64,000 nt of DNA from Oikopleura dioica (lineage: Eukaryota; Animalia; Chordata): contig OU015568.1 of assembly GCA_907165135.1 (NCBI GenBank), forward strand, positions 14,446,001 through 14,510,000, given 5' to 3'. How positions within the stretch are numbered: position 1 is the first letter of the stretch; every line of letters starts with the position of its first letter. Shown piece after piece: positions 40,928 through 51,414 of this stretch. Below the pieces are notes generated by a model, which saw only the letters and a program-made list of their open reading frames with translations, had not been told where the DNA came from and did no database searches. Both the position numbers and the translations under genes were made by a program.

Positions 40928-42710
40928 GATGATTTCAAAAAACTTTTTGTGGGGCCGGGAATCGTAAAAAATCTGTAAGTGCAGTTTTCTTCAGCTCGTC
41001 GAGACGAGTCAAATGATGGGTCTAACTCCTGATAACTGTCAGGATTTACCGGTTTACCGGCTGGTTACCGGAAAATACGTTGTCACCCGCCGTTTTTGTT
41101 CTAGATGTGGTAAACAGATGATCGACCCAGGAAATTGTTCCTTATAGTCGGTTCTACTCTAGGCTCAAAGATGAGGCTCGTATCAATACTCTGAAGAGAG
41201 TTATCACTAAAATACTATTTATGGCAGAAATGGGACAAAAAATCAGGAACGTGCAGCAACAACAAAATGCATGTGAAATTTACTGTTTTTGTGATAACTC
41301 TCTTCAGAGTATTGATACGAGCCTCATCTTTGAGCCTAGAGTAGAACCGACTATAAGGAACAATTTCCTGGGTCGATCATCTGTTTACCACATCTAGAAC
41401 AAAAACGGCGGGTGACAACGTATTTTCCGGTAACCAGCCGGTAAACCGGTAAATCCTGACAGTTATCAGGAGTTAGATCGGAACTAGAAGCTGGACCTTT
41501 TTGCGCAAAATCAATGCTATTTCTTTTGAAAGAGGATTTTTCGGAGAATAAAGGGGTCTTTTTTAATTTTGGATTCCATAACTGGAACTTCTTTTATCAC
41601 CTTTTCCACTCGCTTTTTTCTCAGGTTGACCAAGTTTGATTCTAGTAGACATTTGATGCCTTCTAGGACATTTAAGATGTTTTGTCGAGCCCCCGGATGA
41701 GCAAATCTCTTCTTGGAAAACTCGGCTTTGAGGAAACTCCAGTTAATTTCGAATTCTTCTCTTCGCTTTCAGCTCGGACGAGTTGGTAGACAATTGAATG
41801 CATCTCATGTTCTCAGTCCTTTTCTGTCATGTTTCGTTGACAAAAATCATGTTTGCACATGTTGAATCTTAAATGCACGATTTTATGAACCCTAATGCGT
41901 CAGAAGACTCCGCTAGCTCTGTGGCAAGTTATAAAACATGTCACAGTGCCCTCCTGAAGCCCAAGAAGTGCTCCATATCGCCGATATGATATCGGAACGC
42001 CCGAAGAGGACAAGCCCAACTTGGTCTTAGACTAAATTTATGATTGGCTCATTGCCGACGCAAGATAGCTCAGCTACGATTGTAAGAAGCTTTGTATGGG
42101 TTTAAGTTCAATTATAATAAAAATTCAGGCTAAAATTAAATATAATCAAAAAAAGTGGTTTTTGAGGGCATAATTTTGATTCAGCGCTTTTTTACCGGCT
42201 GGTTACAAGGTTTTGAACGGTGGGTATTATGAATTTTCAATTGTCTATCAAAACCGCAGAAGATTTATTAGTATTTACCGTAAAAATTTTACGTTAGGAA
42301 CTTTCAAAGTGCAAAAAGTGCGTAAAAATCAAACTTTTAGTGATAAGCTCGGCAGGAGTTGAGATATGGGGCTCATCTCGGAGGCTACAGAAGCCCTGAT
42401 CATAAGGATCATTTTGACGCTTCAAACATGAAAATCCGACGACTAGAACAAAAACGGGAGCTGACAACGTGATTTTCGGTAATCAGCCGGTTAACCGGTA
42501 AATCCTTAAAATTTTCAAGAGTGACCTATACCAATCGACTCGTCTCGACGAGCCTGACAACACTGCACTAGCACTTTTTTCATGATTTCCGGCCGGGCAA
42601 AAAGTTTTTTGAAATCATCCATCATTTGACTCGTCTCGACGAGCTGAAGAAAACTGCACTTACAGATTTTTTACGATTCCCGGCCCCACAAAAAGTTTTT
42701 TGAAATCATC
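40928..42710. mobile_element. 1.8-kb non-autonomous TIR element, 3-bp TSD (TAT)
   Basis: ~92-bp perfect TIR (40928-41019 vs 42619-42710) plus a tandem degenerate TIR copy at ~42536-42620; TAT at 40925-40927 and 42711-42713; no intact ORF. Confidence 0.85.
41025..41473. mobile_element. Foldback MITE nested in the 1.8-kb element
   Basis: 183-bp perfect inverted arms (41025-41207 and 41291-41473) around an 83-bp loop; flanked by TA. Confidence 0.9.
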
Positions 42711-42947
42711 TATCCTTTTTCCTGCGGGACACTTTTGCATCATAGATAACAAGAAGACAATTGTTGAATCAATTCAACAGTAATTGAAAAAAGTTTGCGC
42801 TCAGCAAGCGTTGAGCGCTGAGTCTCGCTGGCGGGCGGCGTGGCATTTGTGAAAAAGCGCCCTCTAACGCGCGCTTTTCTGAAAAGAGGTCGAAAATAGG
42901 AGCGTGCAGCTACAAAACGACCTCGAAATCAAGCACCCTCTCTCTTT

Positions 42948-43040
42948 ACTCATCCCATTTTTGAGTCCGATTTCGATTGTCTAACAGGTAAGAATCGTCT
43001 CCATGCCCTCTCTCTCCTTTCCTCTCGCCTCTTAGAAACA
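42948..43040 (+). ncRNA. SL RNA: Spliced-leader (SL) RNA gene, copy 1
   Basis: ACTCATCCCATTTTTGAGTCCGATTTCGATTGTCTAACAG (40-nt O. dioica SL exon, 42948-42987) followed by GTAAG donor; 3' end approximate. Confidence 0.93.
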
Positions 43041-43065
43041 GAATTCCTAGTGAAAGAAACGTCTT

Positions 43066-43486
43066 CTAGTGGATGTCATTTATTCGTTTTTGGACAAAAC
43101 TGATTGGAACGTTAGTACCAAACTGTCTATCAGCAGTGAATAAAAGGTTTTTGCCATTGAATTTGGAGGAGAGTGACTCAAAGGCAACTGTTTTTGGCAC
43201 AGAAAGGGTTCTCTTCCAGTTGTGTGATGACTCGATCTTCACTCCTTCGATGATTTCAGATATTTTTGATGAGCCAGAGATTTGCAGCTCTCTTTAACTC
43301 GTCTTTGGTGATTTTGAGGTCTTCTTTCTGCGTTGGAAGCGAAGTAAGATCGACTGTTGCTGACCAGGTTGTAGGAGTGATCATTTCTTGCGAAATGGAG
43401 TAGGGCTGGAAGCGACGAGAACGGCATTTGCGCTGTATCGGACGGTCGAATTCGGGAGAAAAAGGAAATGCGGCGATTTTTATCAT
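43066..43486 (-). CDS. Small heat-shock protein (alpha-crystallin domain), frameshifted
   Basis: WSATVDLTSLPTQKEDLKITKDELKR / ELQISG...SSHNWKRTLSVPKTVAFESLSSKFNGKNLLFTA aligns to the plus-strand HSP20; frame changes at an (AG)n run at ~43288-43293. Confidence 0.75.
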
Positions 43487-43552
43487 CTTTTGCTTTTTGA
43501 ATCTCTTGGAAAGATTCTTCAGTTTGAATGTGCTTTTGCTGAAACAAGCCCA

Positions 43553-44048
43553 TTTTATACAGCTGAAAACTTCGAGAACATTCGTGAAATCAAGTGTAGA
43601 ATATTCCAGAATATAATACCATGGAGTTGAGCTCTAAAGGGAGATGGAGAATCTGAGCTACTGAAAAATGCACTGACTTTTTCAGTAGCTCATTCTTTGC
43701 GCGCCTAATTTGGGGAGAAGCCGCGCAAAGTCTTGTCGGCTCTCTCATTGGCTCGGACTTTCAAGATTCTGTTCTTCAGAATCTCGAAATTCTTCTAAGC
43801 TGCCAAGCAAGCGTTAAAGAGTTTTTCTAGACTTCCCCGACAGTGACTTGCGCGGGATACGGGGAAGGGGGCCAGAGGCTTTCTCCCAAAAGAGTTAAAC
43901 TTCATGGTAGAAAATTCCCGAAGAAATCGAACATTCCAGAAGACTCGTATCTTCACTGTAGATTCTTCAGAAAGAAGATTCCAGAACATTCTACACTGGA
44001 AATAAAACCTTCTGGAAGAAACGGCGACAATCATCAGTGGCTATAAAT
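43553..44048. promoter_or_regulatory. Bidirectional heat-shock promoter with multiple HSEs and two TATA boxes
   Basis: nGAAn inverted arrays: TTCgaGAAcaTTCgtGAA 43571-43588, GAAtaTTCcaGAA 43599-43611, GAAaaTTCccGAA 43910-43922, GAAcaTTCcaGAA 43929-43941, GAAgaTTCcaGAAcaTTC 43974-43991; TATAAAA (-) 43559-43553, TATAAAT (+) 44042-44048. Confidence 0.88.
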
Positions 44049-44101
44049 ACCGAACGAGAGATGGTTTTCTCATCACACCATAGATACAAAAACGAACGAA
44101 A

Positions 44102-44524
44102 ATGCTTACTTTTTCTAACGAACACTTCGAACCCCTGATGAACCAGTTGTTTTCTGAGTTTGCCCATTCCGCCAACAAGCGTGGAGGATGCTGCCAAACT
44201 GCTGAGAAATCAAGCAAGTGGTGCAGCTGCATCAACCTTTCTTCCATCCCCACCAAGGCCGAGGAACTGCACGTGAAGGTGGACGAGAAGAGCCGCACTC
44301 TGACCGTGACTGAAACGGAGTCTACTCGACGAGACGGATTGAAGATCTTCTCAACCCACGTCTGGACAAAAGAAATTCGAATTCCAGAGGATGTGGAGCT
44401 GAAGACGATCGCGTCCAAGTTGCACGAGAATCAGCTCACTTTCGTCGCCGAACGAGTTCAGAAAGAAGAGGACAAGCAACAAGAAATTCCGATCGAGATC
44501 GTCGATACTCCTGCTCTTGACTGA
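44102..44524 (+). CDS. Small heat-shock protein (HSP20), intronless
   Basis: 140 aa; alpha-crystallin-like KAEELHVKVDE...KEIRIPEDVELKTIASKLHENQLTF; C-terminal IPI motif; HSE promoter. Confidence 0.88.
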   Translation: MLTFSNEHFEPLMNQLFSEFAHSANKRGGCCQTAEKSSKWCSCINLSSIPTKAEELHVKVDEKSRTLTVTETESTRRDGLKIFSTHVWTKEIRIPEDVELKTIASKLHENQLTFVAERVQKEEDKQQEIPIEIVDTPALD

Positions 44525-44655
44525 GATAGTCGATCTTCGTTCAGTCCTTTCTTACCTGATTTTACGGAAAACACATAGATACAGTATCAACCTGCAATAA
44601 ACATAATTCTGATTCGAAAATTTGCTATTTATTCCGGATAGAACCAGACTCCATC

Positions 44656-44774
44656 GCTTAGCGTCATACCGCGTAGAATAAACCAGTTCTCGTCCGATCA
44701 CTGAAGTCAAACTACGACGGGCGGGGTTAGTACTTACATGGGTGACCGGTTGGGAATACCTCGTGCGCTAAGCA
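44656..44774 (+). rRNA. 5S rRNA: 5S rRNA gene, copy 2
   Basis: Identical by eye to copy 1. Confidence 0.97.
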
Positions 44775-44882
44775 TTTTTGATTTTTTTTAATGGATCCTT
44801 TTTACGCTGAGGACGCTTTCGCATCGTATTTTTGATAAATCAAGTCATCAGCCATCGAATAAAATCCAAATGTATGAGTAAA

Positions 44883-45463
44883 GACGTGCTTTTTCTAAGG
44901 TGGTCCAATTTATTTCTCCCATTTTTCCTTTTTTGACCCAGTACACCATACAGATTTGGAATCAGTGGAGAAAATCTAGAAACTTGACCGTTTTAGTTTT
45001 TGAAATTCACTTCCGGTTACGATTCTAGAGCCGGAAGTTCACGAAATTTACAAGAAAAGCATGCTTATGAACTATCAAATTGAAGCTTACAACAAATCCA
45101 GTCATTAATTATCGGAACCGAATCCAACTCCGGTCAAAAACCGCCGGTAAACGACCGGTAAAAATTGAAAATTTTCTCATTAAAGCATGATAGTTTTACC
45201 GCGGTTGGGACTGTTTCATCTAATTAATTGATGATGAGATGACTAAGAATCTTCTGCGCATCAATATGATAGGTCACACTTTACCATTACTCCAAAATTT
45301 TGCCTACTTCCGGCTCTAGAATCGTAACCGGAAGTGAATTCCGAAAAACTAAAACGGTCAAGTTTCTAGATTTTCTCCACTGATTCCAAATCTGTATGGT
45401 GTTCTGTGTCAAAAAAGGAAAAAATGGGAGAAATAAATTGGACCACCTTAAAAAAAGCACGTC
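44883..45463. mobile_element. 581-bp foldback TIR element, 3-bp TSD (AAA)
   Basis: ~165-bp TIRs starting GACGTGC; AAA duplicated; the empty site GAGTAAAGCAAGC is preserved in the other palindrome arm (~46474-46486). Confidence 0.92.
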
Positions 45464-45610
45464 AAAGCAAGCATTGAGCGTTCAGCTTGCCTGGCGGGCG
45501 GCGTGGCACTTGAGAAAAAGCGCCCTCTGCCGCGCGCTTTTCTGAAAAGAGGCCGAAAATAGGAGCGTGCAGCGACAAAACGACCTCGAAATCAAGCACC
45601 CTCTCTCTTT

Positions 45611-45703
45611 ACTCATCCCATTTTTGAGTCCGATTTCGATTGTCTAACAGGTAAGAATCGTCTCTATGCCCTCTCTCTCCTACCCCTCTCGCCTCTTACA
45701 TAC
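45611..45703 (+). ncRNA. SL RNA: SL RNA gene, copy 2
   Basis: 40-nt SL exon 45611-45650 followed by GTAAG. Confidence 0.93.
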
Positions 45704-45739
45704 GAAAACTCTACTCAAAGAAATTCCCATCTGGGTCGT

Positions 45740-46240
45740 GACCCGCTTTTTATAAGGTGGGCCAAGTTTTTTCACCCGCTTTTTGATTTTAAACCCTGCA
45801 ACACCATACATATTTGGAATCAGCGGGAAAAATCTAGAAACTTGACCGTTTTTGTTTATAAAAAATCACTTCCGGTTGCGATTCTACAACCGGCAGTTGT
45901 TGAAATATAGCAGTTTTGATTAAGTGTTATCTCTCAAATTGAAGCCCAGAAAATTCTGAGTCACTTCATAATTAATTCAGTAGAAAAAACAGTCTCAGCG
46001 GTTCGGTTGGATTCGTTTTGAATGATGACTTGAAATGTTCTAAGCTTCAATTTGATATGTCACATGCATTCATTGTTAATTTCAACAACTGCCGGTTGTA
46101 GAATCGCAACCGGAAGTGATTTTTATAAACAAAAACGGTCAAGTTTCTAGATTTTTCCCGCTGATTCCAAATATGTATGGTGTTGCAGGGTTTAAAATCA
46201 AAAGCGGGTGAAAAACTTGGCCCACCTTATAAAAAGGGTC
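45740..46240. mobile_element. Foldback element of the same family as 44883-45463, forming the palindrome centre
   Basis: Arms share ACACCATACA..TTGGAATCAG..AATCTAGAAACTTGACCGTTT..CACTTCCGGTT; the loop is homologous to the 581-bp element's loop in reverse orientation. Confidence 0.8.
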
Positions 46241-46276
46241 ACGACCCAGATGGGAATTTCTTTGAGTAGAGTTTTC

Positions 46277-46369
46277 GTATGTAAGAGGCGAGAGGGGTAG
46301 GAGAGAGAGGGCATAGAGACGATTCTTACCTGTTAGACAATCGAAATCGGACTCAAAAATGGGATGAGT
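46277..46369 (-). ncRNA. SL RNA: SL RNA gene, copy 3
   Basis: Reverse complement of the SL exon at 46330-46369 followed by GTAAG. Confidence 0.93.
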
Positions 46370-46585
46370 AAAGAGAGAGGGTGCTTGATTTCGAGGTCGT
46401 TTTGTCGCTGCACGCTCCTATTTTCGGCCTCTTTTCAGAAAAGCGCCCGCCAGGCAAGCTGAACGCTCAATGCTTGCTTTACTCATACATTTGGATTTTA
46501 TTCGATGGCTGATGACTTGATTTATCAAAAATACGATGCGAAAGCGTCCTCAGCGTAAAAAGGATCCATTAAAAAAAATCAAAAA

Positions 46586-46704
46586 TGCTTAGCGCACGAG
46601 GTATTCCCAACCGGTCACCCATGTAAGTACTAACCCCGCCCGTCGTAGTTTGACTTCAGTGATCGGACGAGAACTGGTTTATTCTACGCGGTATGACGCT
46701 AAGC
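46586..46704 (-). rRNA. 5S rRNA: 5S rRNA gene, copy 3
   Basis: Reverse complement of copies 1 and 2. Confidence 0.97.
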
Positions 46705-46836
46705 GATGGAGTCTGGTTCTATCCGGAATAAATAGCAAATTTTCGAATCAGAATTATGTTTATTGCAGGTTGATACTGTATCTATGTGTTTTCCGTAAAA
46801 TCAGGTAAGAAAGGACTGAACGAAGATCGACTATCT

Positions 46837-46974
46837 CAGTCAAGAGCAGGAGTATCGACGATCTCGATCGGAATTTCTTGTTGCTTGTTCTCTTCTTTCT
46901 GAACTCGTTCGGCGACGAAAGTGAGCTGATTCTCGTGCAACTTGGACGCGATCGTCTTCAGCTCAACATCCTCA
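46837..46974 (-). pseudogene. 5'-truncated HSP20 fragment at the palindrome end
   Basis: EDVELKTIASKLHENQ...PALD* near-identical to 44387-44524; no upstream part. Confidence 0.85.
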
Positions 46975-47115
46975 AGCTCCACAACTTGGAAGACTAAGTT
47001 TCATCTCTATCGAAACTTCTGCCTGCTCTCTGACAGATCAATTTCGCAAAAATAAACACATTTTTATAATCATTTCTATTTTATTGAGCACATAAAATCC
47101 GCAGCAAACTTTCTC

Positions 47116-47944
47116 TTACTCGAATTCATCCCAAGTCTGAGGGACATACTCTTCAGAGGGAGTGTCAGATTCGATATCGCCTGATTTTCGTGGACACTAA
47201 AGTTGTTTATAAATAAGTCAGAATATTATTTTTTTACCGTGGAAACCGGTTTGCCGAATCCGCGGTACTTTTTCACATTTCTTCTTTTTGCGTTGAAAGA
47301 ATCGCCAGATTTAGTGATAGCGGGAAGATATTCAGCAAACGTTACTTTCTTCGAAGTTTTTTGAGGGCTTGGCTCAAATTCGTCCCAAGTCTGAGGAACG
47401 AATTCATCCGAGGACGTTTCATATTCGCAGTCGCAAGACTGCTGACAGGGACACTTAATACGTTCATAAATCATTCAGGATAGAAATTTTTACCGAGTTT
47501 ATTTCTCCGAATCCAAGGTACTTCTTCTTCTTCTTCTTCTTTGGTTTGATCTTGAGAGGATCCCCTAATTGAGTGATGGTTGGCTTATAACCTTTCTGAG
47601 AGCCTCGGTCTGGAGCATCATTCTCTTTCTCTTCAAGATCAAGCAGCGAAGTCTCAACAATGCTATCGTTAACAAGCATGTCTAAATTCATTCAAATACA
47701 CAGCTGAAGCTGTTTCTAAAAAACCTTTCGACTTTTGCTCGTCGTATTTTGCGAACCAACTCTTCTTCGCTGTCTTCGGTTTTATGTTTTCACGAAACAT
47801 CGAATTACCAAATGCTCGCGTATTTAATTGAGCAGTTTTCTCTTCCATTTTTTGTTCGCTGGTGGAAAAAAAATCCGTTTTTTGTGCAAATGCAAGTTCG
47901 AATCCTTGCTTGCGCGAGGTTTGATGTTTATCTGCGATCAGCAT
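47116..47944 (-). CDS. Orphan Lys/Glu-rich protein with a twice-repeated module
   Basis: Three short GT-AG introns keep frame; repeat KYxGFG...S(T)|CP...E(F/Y)VPQTWDEFE. Confidence 0.6.
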
Positions 47945-48274
47945 CACCAATGAAATGAAAAAAACGGTTATATTTTCGAAAATTTAAGTAAAAAGATGAC
48001 AATTATGAACACTTTGTCTAAAAACAAATAATGCTGTATTGAAGATAGCTGATTCTTCTGTTGAAAGCACATCAAACAATCATTTATTAAATATATTTAG
48101 GAGCATTGGTGACAGGACAAGTGTCTATGTAAAAATCTAACAACTAAATACACTTAAAGAGTATTTTTAAAAGACCAGAAAGTGACATTTGCATGTCAAA
48201 TGTATTGCTCATTAAAACCACCTCACTATAAAAGGGCCAAAGAAGTATTTTCGTTAGAAACCGTCGACTTGAAA

Positions 48275-48587
48275 ATGCAACTTAGAAAAATAATTCTCGC
48301 TATATTTTTCATAAACGAAAGTAATGCTGAGAATAGGATGCTAAGAAGAAGAGTGCCGGAGGGGACTAATTTTCAAAGTGCAGCCATGGAAGCCTACATA
48401 AGAAACCACCTTGTTCGAAAACGTCAAAGAAGCAGCGCCATGCAAGATGTATGTATTGCGGATAAAGTTATTTTGGCGTATTTTTTATTTTTAGTACATC
48501 CGAAGACGACATGAGTACTTACATCAACAGAAAAACCACCCGTGCCGCTTTTTCGATATGAAAGATATTCATTTTTACACTCAATAA
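48275..48587 (+). CDS. Small secreted prepropeptide-like protein (88 aa)
   Basis: TATAAAA upstream; signal-like MQLRKIILAIFFINESNA; RRR/RKR sites; intron 48449-48494 yields repeated AMxxYIR motif. Confidence 0.6.
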
Positions 48588-48747
48588 AACGAAGCGCCTC
48601 TGTGAAAAAATGATTGATAAGAAAGATTTTTATGTAAAGAATTTTATTTAAATATAAAATAATCTTAGCATTTGAAGAATAAATTCATGAATTACAGTTT
48701 TAAACATTCTATTGCACTTGTACTTTCGCTTTTTCGTCGAAATTTCA

Positions 48748-51414
48748 CTATTCTTGGAAGTACCACTGTTGATATCTGCTCGTACTTTTGCACGCTTCAA
48801 AGACGACTTTTGGGTTGCCACCAGTTTTCTCCGTGGCGATGCAGAGTCCGTTTGACTTGTTCTTGAGCTGGAATGTTTTTCCATCATCCTGAGGGATTTT
48901 GATCCAAATCGCGCGAGCCGGAGGGTTCACATTTTTCCCATTGCACATTACTGCCGCAATTTCTCCAGAGTTATCGTCCTGGATTTAATTTTTAATCAAA
49001 AAGTAATTTAAATTGTTCCAGAATTACCTTCTTTGCTATGCAGAGTTCAAACTGGGACGTGTATCGCAAATGACCCTTGGAGTTAAATTCGAAGAATTGG
49101 TTTCCTCCTTGACCGTGGCAGCCGAAAGTCCCCACCGTGCCGCTAAATTAAGTTTTACATCGTTCTTGGTAACAATTTAATTCAATAAACGTACTGTGTT
49201 AAATCATTCTCCGGCGGATTGTAGTCTAAACATCGACTAGGAGTTCCTTTGTTATGCAGCGCTCCGTATTGGCCAGGAAGATCCTCTGGTACTGGAAGAT
49301 CTGGGTAGATGTTCTCCAAATACCACTGGAAAGATCTGCATTGAAGACCATTTCTCAGTTTGACGCGCTCAGAAATATCGCCATATTTTTCAAGCTTCGA
49401 AGGGGGATTTCTAGCGTAGAAATGTCGCTTGTAATCGTCCAGCCAGACTTCGACAGCTCTAACTGTATTTGGCGTGAAGGATTTTCGCTCGTAAGGGGCT
49501 GTCTTTGGAAACACGTGACCTACGATAGAACACGGGATGATTTCCAGTGATCCGCCGCACATCCAAACGCGGAAGGACATTTCGAGATTCTCACCGCCCC
49601 AAACTTCCATTCCAGTATCATAAGACCCGATGGACCTGAAAGGGGCCAATAAACATCCAAAGCATGTCGACAATGTTTCATCAGATAAATTTTTTACCTA
49701 AAATACTGTCGGGATACAGCAAAAAGACCGCCAGCCATGGTCGGCGTTGGAACCGGATCAGTATCCGCTATTCTTTTCGCCCGGATTTCTTCAGGAATTG
49801 AGTGCCATTGAAATGTTAAGCGCCAGTCAAAACCGCCGATTTGGGGCTCAATACTGAATATTTTATTTATTTTTTTTCTGAAGTTTTATTGATAACATAT
49901 CATATATGGGATACCATATCAATATAAACAGAACTCCTTCCCTTAGTTTGTCCCCTAAATAACGGTATTGTTGACCAAACATAGATGATAAACGTTTGAG
50001 TGTTAAGGCCCTCATTGTCGAAATAAATTCAAGAATCTAACGGATATCTTCGTGAATAATTTTTACCTTCCAGAGCTGTGATGAAAACCGAAATCCTGCC
50101 AGCTGATTGTCGATATGATCGGCACGGCAACGACTGAATCGTTTTCAGCGATCCTCTGAAGCAACGGCTCAAGCCAGCCATCGTTACATTCAATATGGCA
50201 ATCGAGGAATGTCAAGACTTCTCCAGTTGCAAGTTCAGCGCCAAGCAACCGCGCTCGAACTAAACCTTCACGTTGCTTCGTGCGGATTAGTCTAACTCGT
50301 GGCATCGTAGCGACGATGTCCTCTAGTTCTTGGCCAAGGCGTGGGAATTCGACTTTGTCCGAGTCGTCGTCGATAAGAATGATTTCTTTTAGGAGTACTT
50401 CGGGAGAGGTGTGGAGGATGGAATAGATGGTTCGGAGAAGAGTAGTCCACCCTTCGTTGTAGAATGTGACGATTACGGACGTTGTTGGAAGCTGGTCATA
50501 TCTGAAGATATTTTCAAAAGTCTTTGGTCGATATGAGCAATTTAAAGTTATAGAAACTAGGCTGAAATTCGCCGTATTTTTTAACTAACGTTTCATTAAA
50601 TTCTCAGAATCGCTGATAAGAAAATAGGTCCTTGATTCGCCGCGCGAACTTGCGGTCACCTAAATTACGATAAAAGTTTAATCTCACCTGTAGCCCTTAT
50701 TAGCCAAGGCCACGCAGTGCTTGTGTCTGTGCTCTCCAACTGTTCTATGCAGCGATATTCTTTCTGAAGCCAGATGATTGACCATAAATCTATCGACGAT
50801 CTTTTTGTATTCATCACTTTTCTTTTGCTCTTCAGTGAGTTTCACAGATTTGCCCATTTGTCCTTCTGTTATCGCATCTCCGAGCGGTCTCGGCAGGAGT
50901 GGAGGCATTTCATCTGGTCGTTTTAGTACGATTGGGGAATGATGCGAGTCGGACTTTTTGACGACTTCGGCGTATTTGTGACCAAGGGACTGGTTTTCAT
51001 CAGATCTGTGCTTCAGTTTTACTGTTTTGGGGTATTCTTGCTTCACATGCCAAAATATTACGCAGACGAGGAAGCAAAATACGGCAAATGCAACGGTCCG
51101 GACCCTAAAAAAGAATGTTATTAGGCATTTTGTTGTTGTAAAAATATTATTTTAAAAACTTAGAACACGTGTTTTACTGCGCCTTGAAAATATTTGTGTT
51201 TTTTGAAATTGGACAATAACTATACTAACTATAAGACTATAAGTATACGAACTATACTAACTATAAGATTTAAAAACTTTTCTTTTCAAAAAGCAATAAA
51301 AACCAATTGTTCTTTCCACGGGGTCTTTTTATCACCTTATAAAAACAAGCCTAATCGCATTTAACGGTTCTATTGTATCCGGGTTTGTTCCTACCTGAGT
51401 TGAACAACCTTCAT
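48748..51414 (-). CDS. GALNT: Polypeptide N-acetylgalactosaminyltransferase (GT27 + ricin-B lectin)
   Basis: Type [65 protein letters not shown], ricin repeats ending QQWYFQE*. Confidence 0.95.

Larger units (their letters stand above)
44387..46974. repeat. Large palindrome (inverted duplication of sHSP 3' end + 5S + SL) centred on a foldback element
   Basis: 44387-45906 is the near-perfect reverse complement of 46079-46974, apart from a 581-bp insertion and small indels; 172-bp loop. Confidence 0.93.

Noticed and set aside
41600-41960. Possible captured RING-like coding remnant (CKHDFC) inside the 1.8-kb element
   Set aside because: Multiple stops and frameshifts, too few Cys conserved, and no transposase motif
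40928-46240. Repeated TCTAGA hexamers in foldback arms as dispersed male-promoter motifs
   Set aside because: A palindromic 6-mer is necessarily doubled in inverted arms; there is no evidence of promoter activity from sequence alone
40782-46974. CRISPR-like or prokaryotic defence array suggested by the repeats
   Set aside because: Repeats are 5S/SL genes and TIRs, not regularly spaced direct repeats with unique spacers; no cas genes
51210-51270. Short direct repeat ACTATACTAACTATAAGA x2 in the GALNT first intron
   Set aside because: Small local duplication with no further structure
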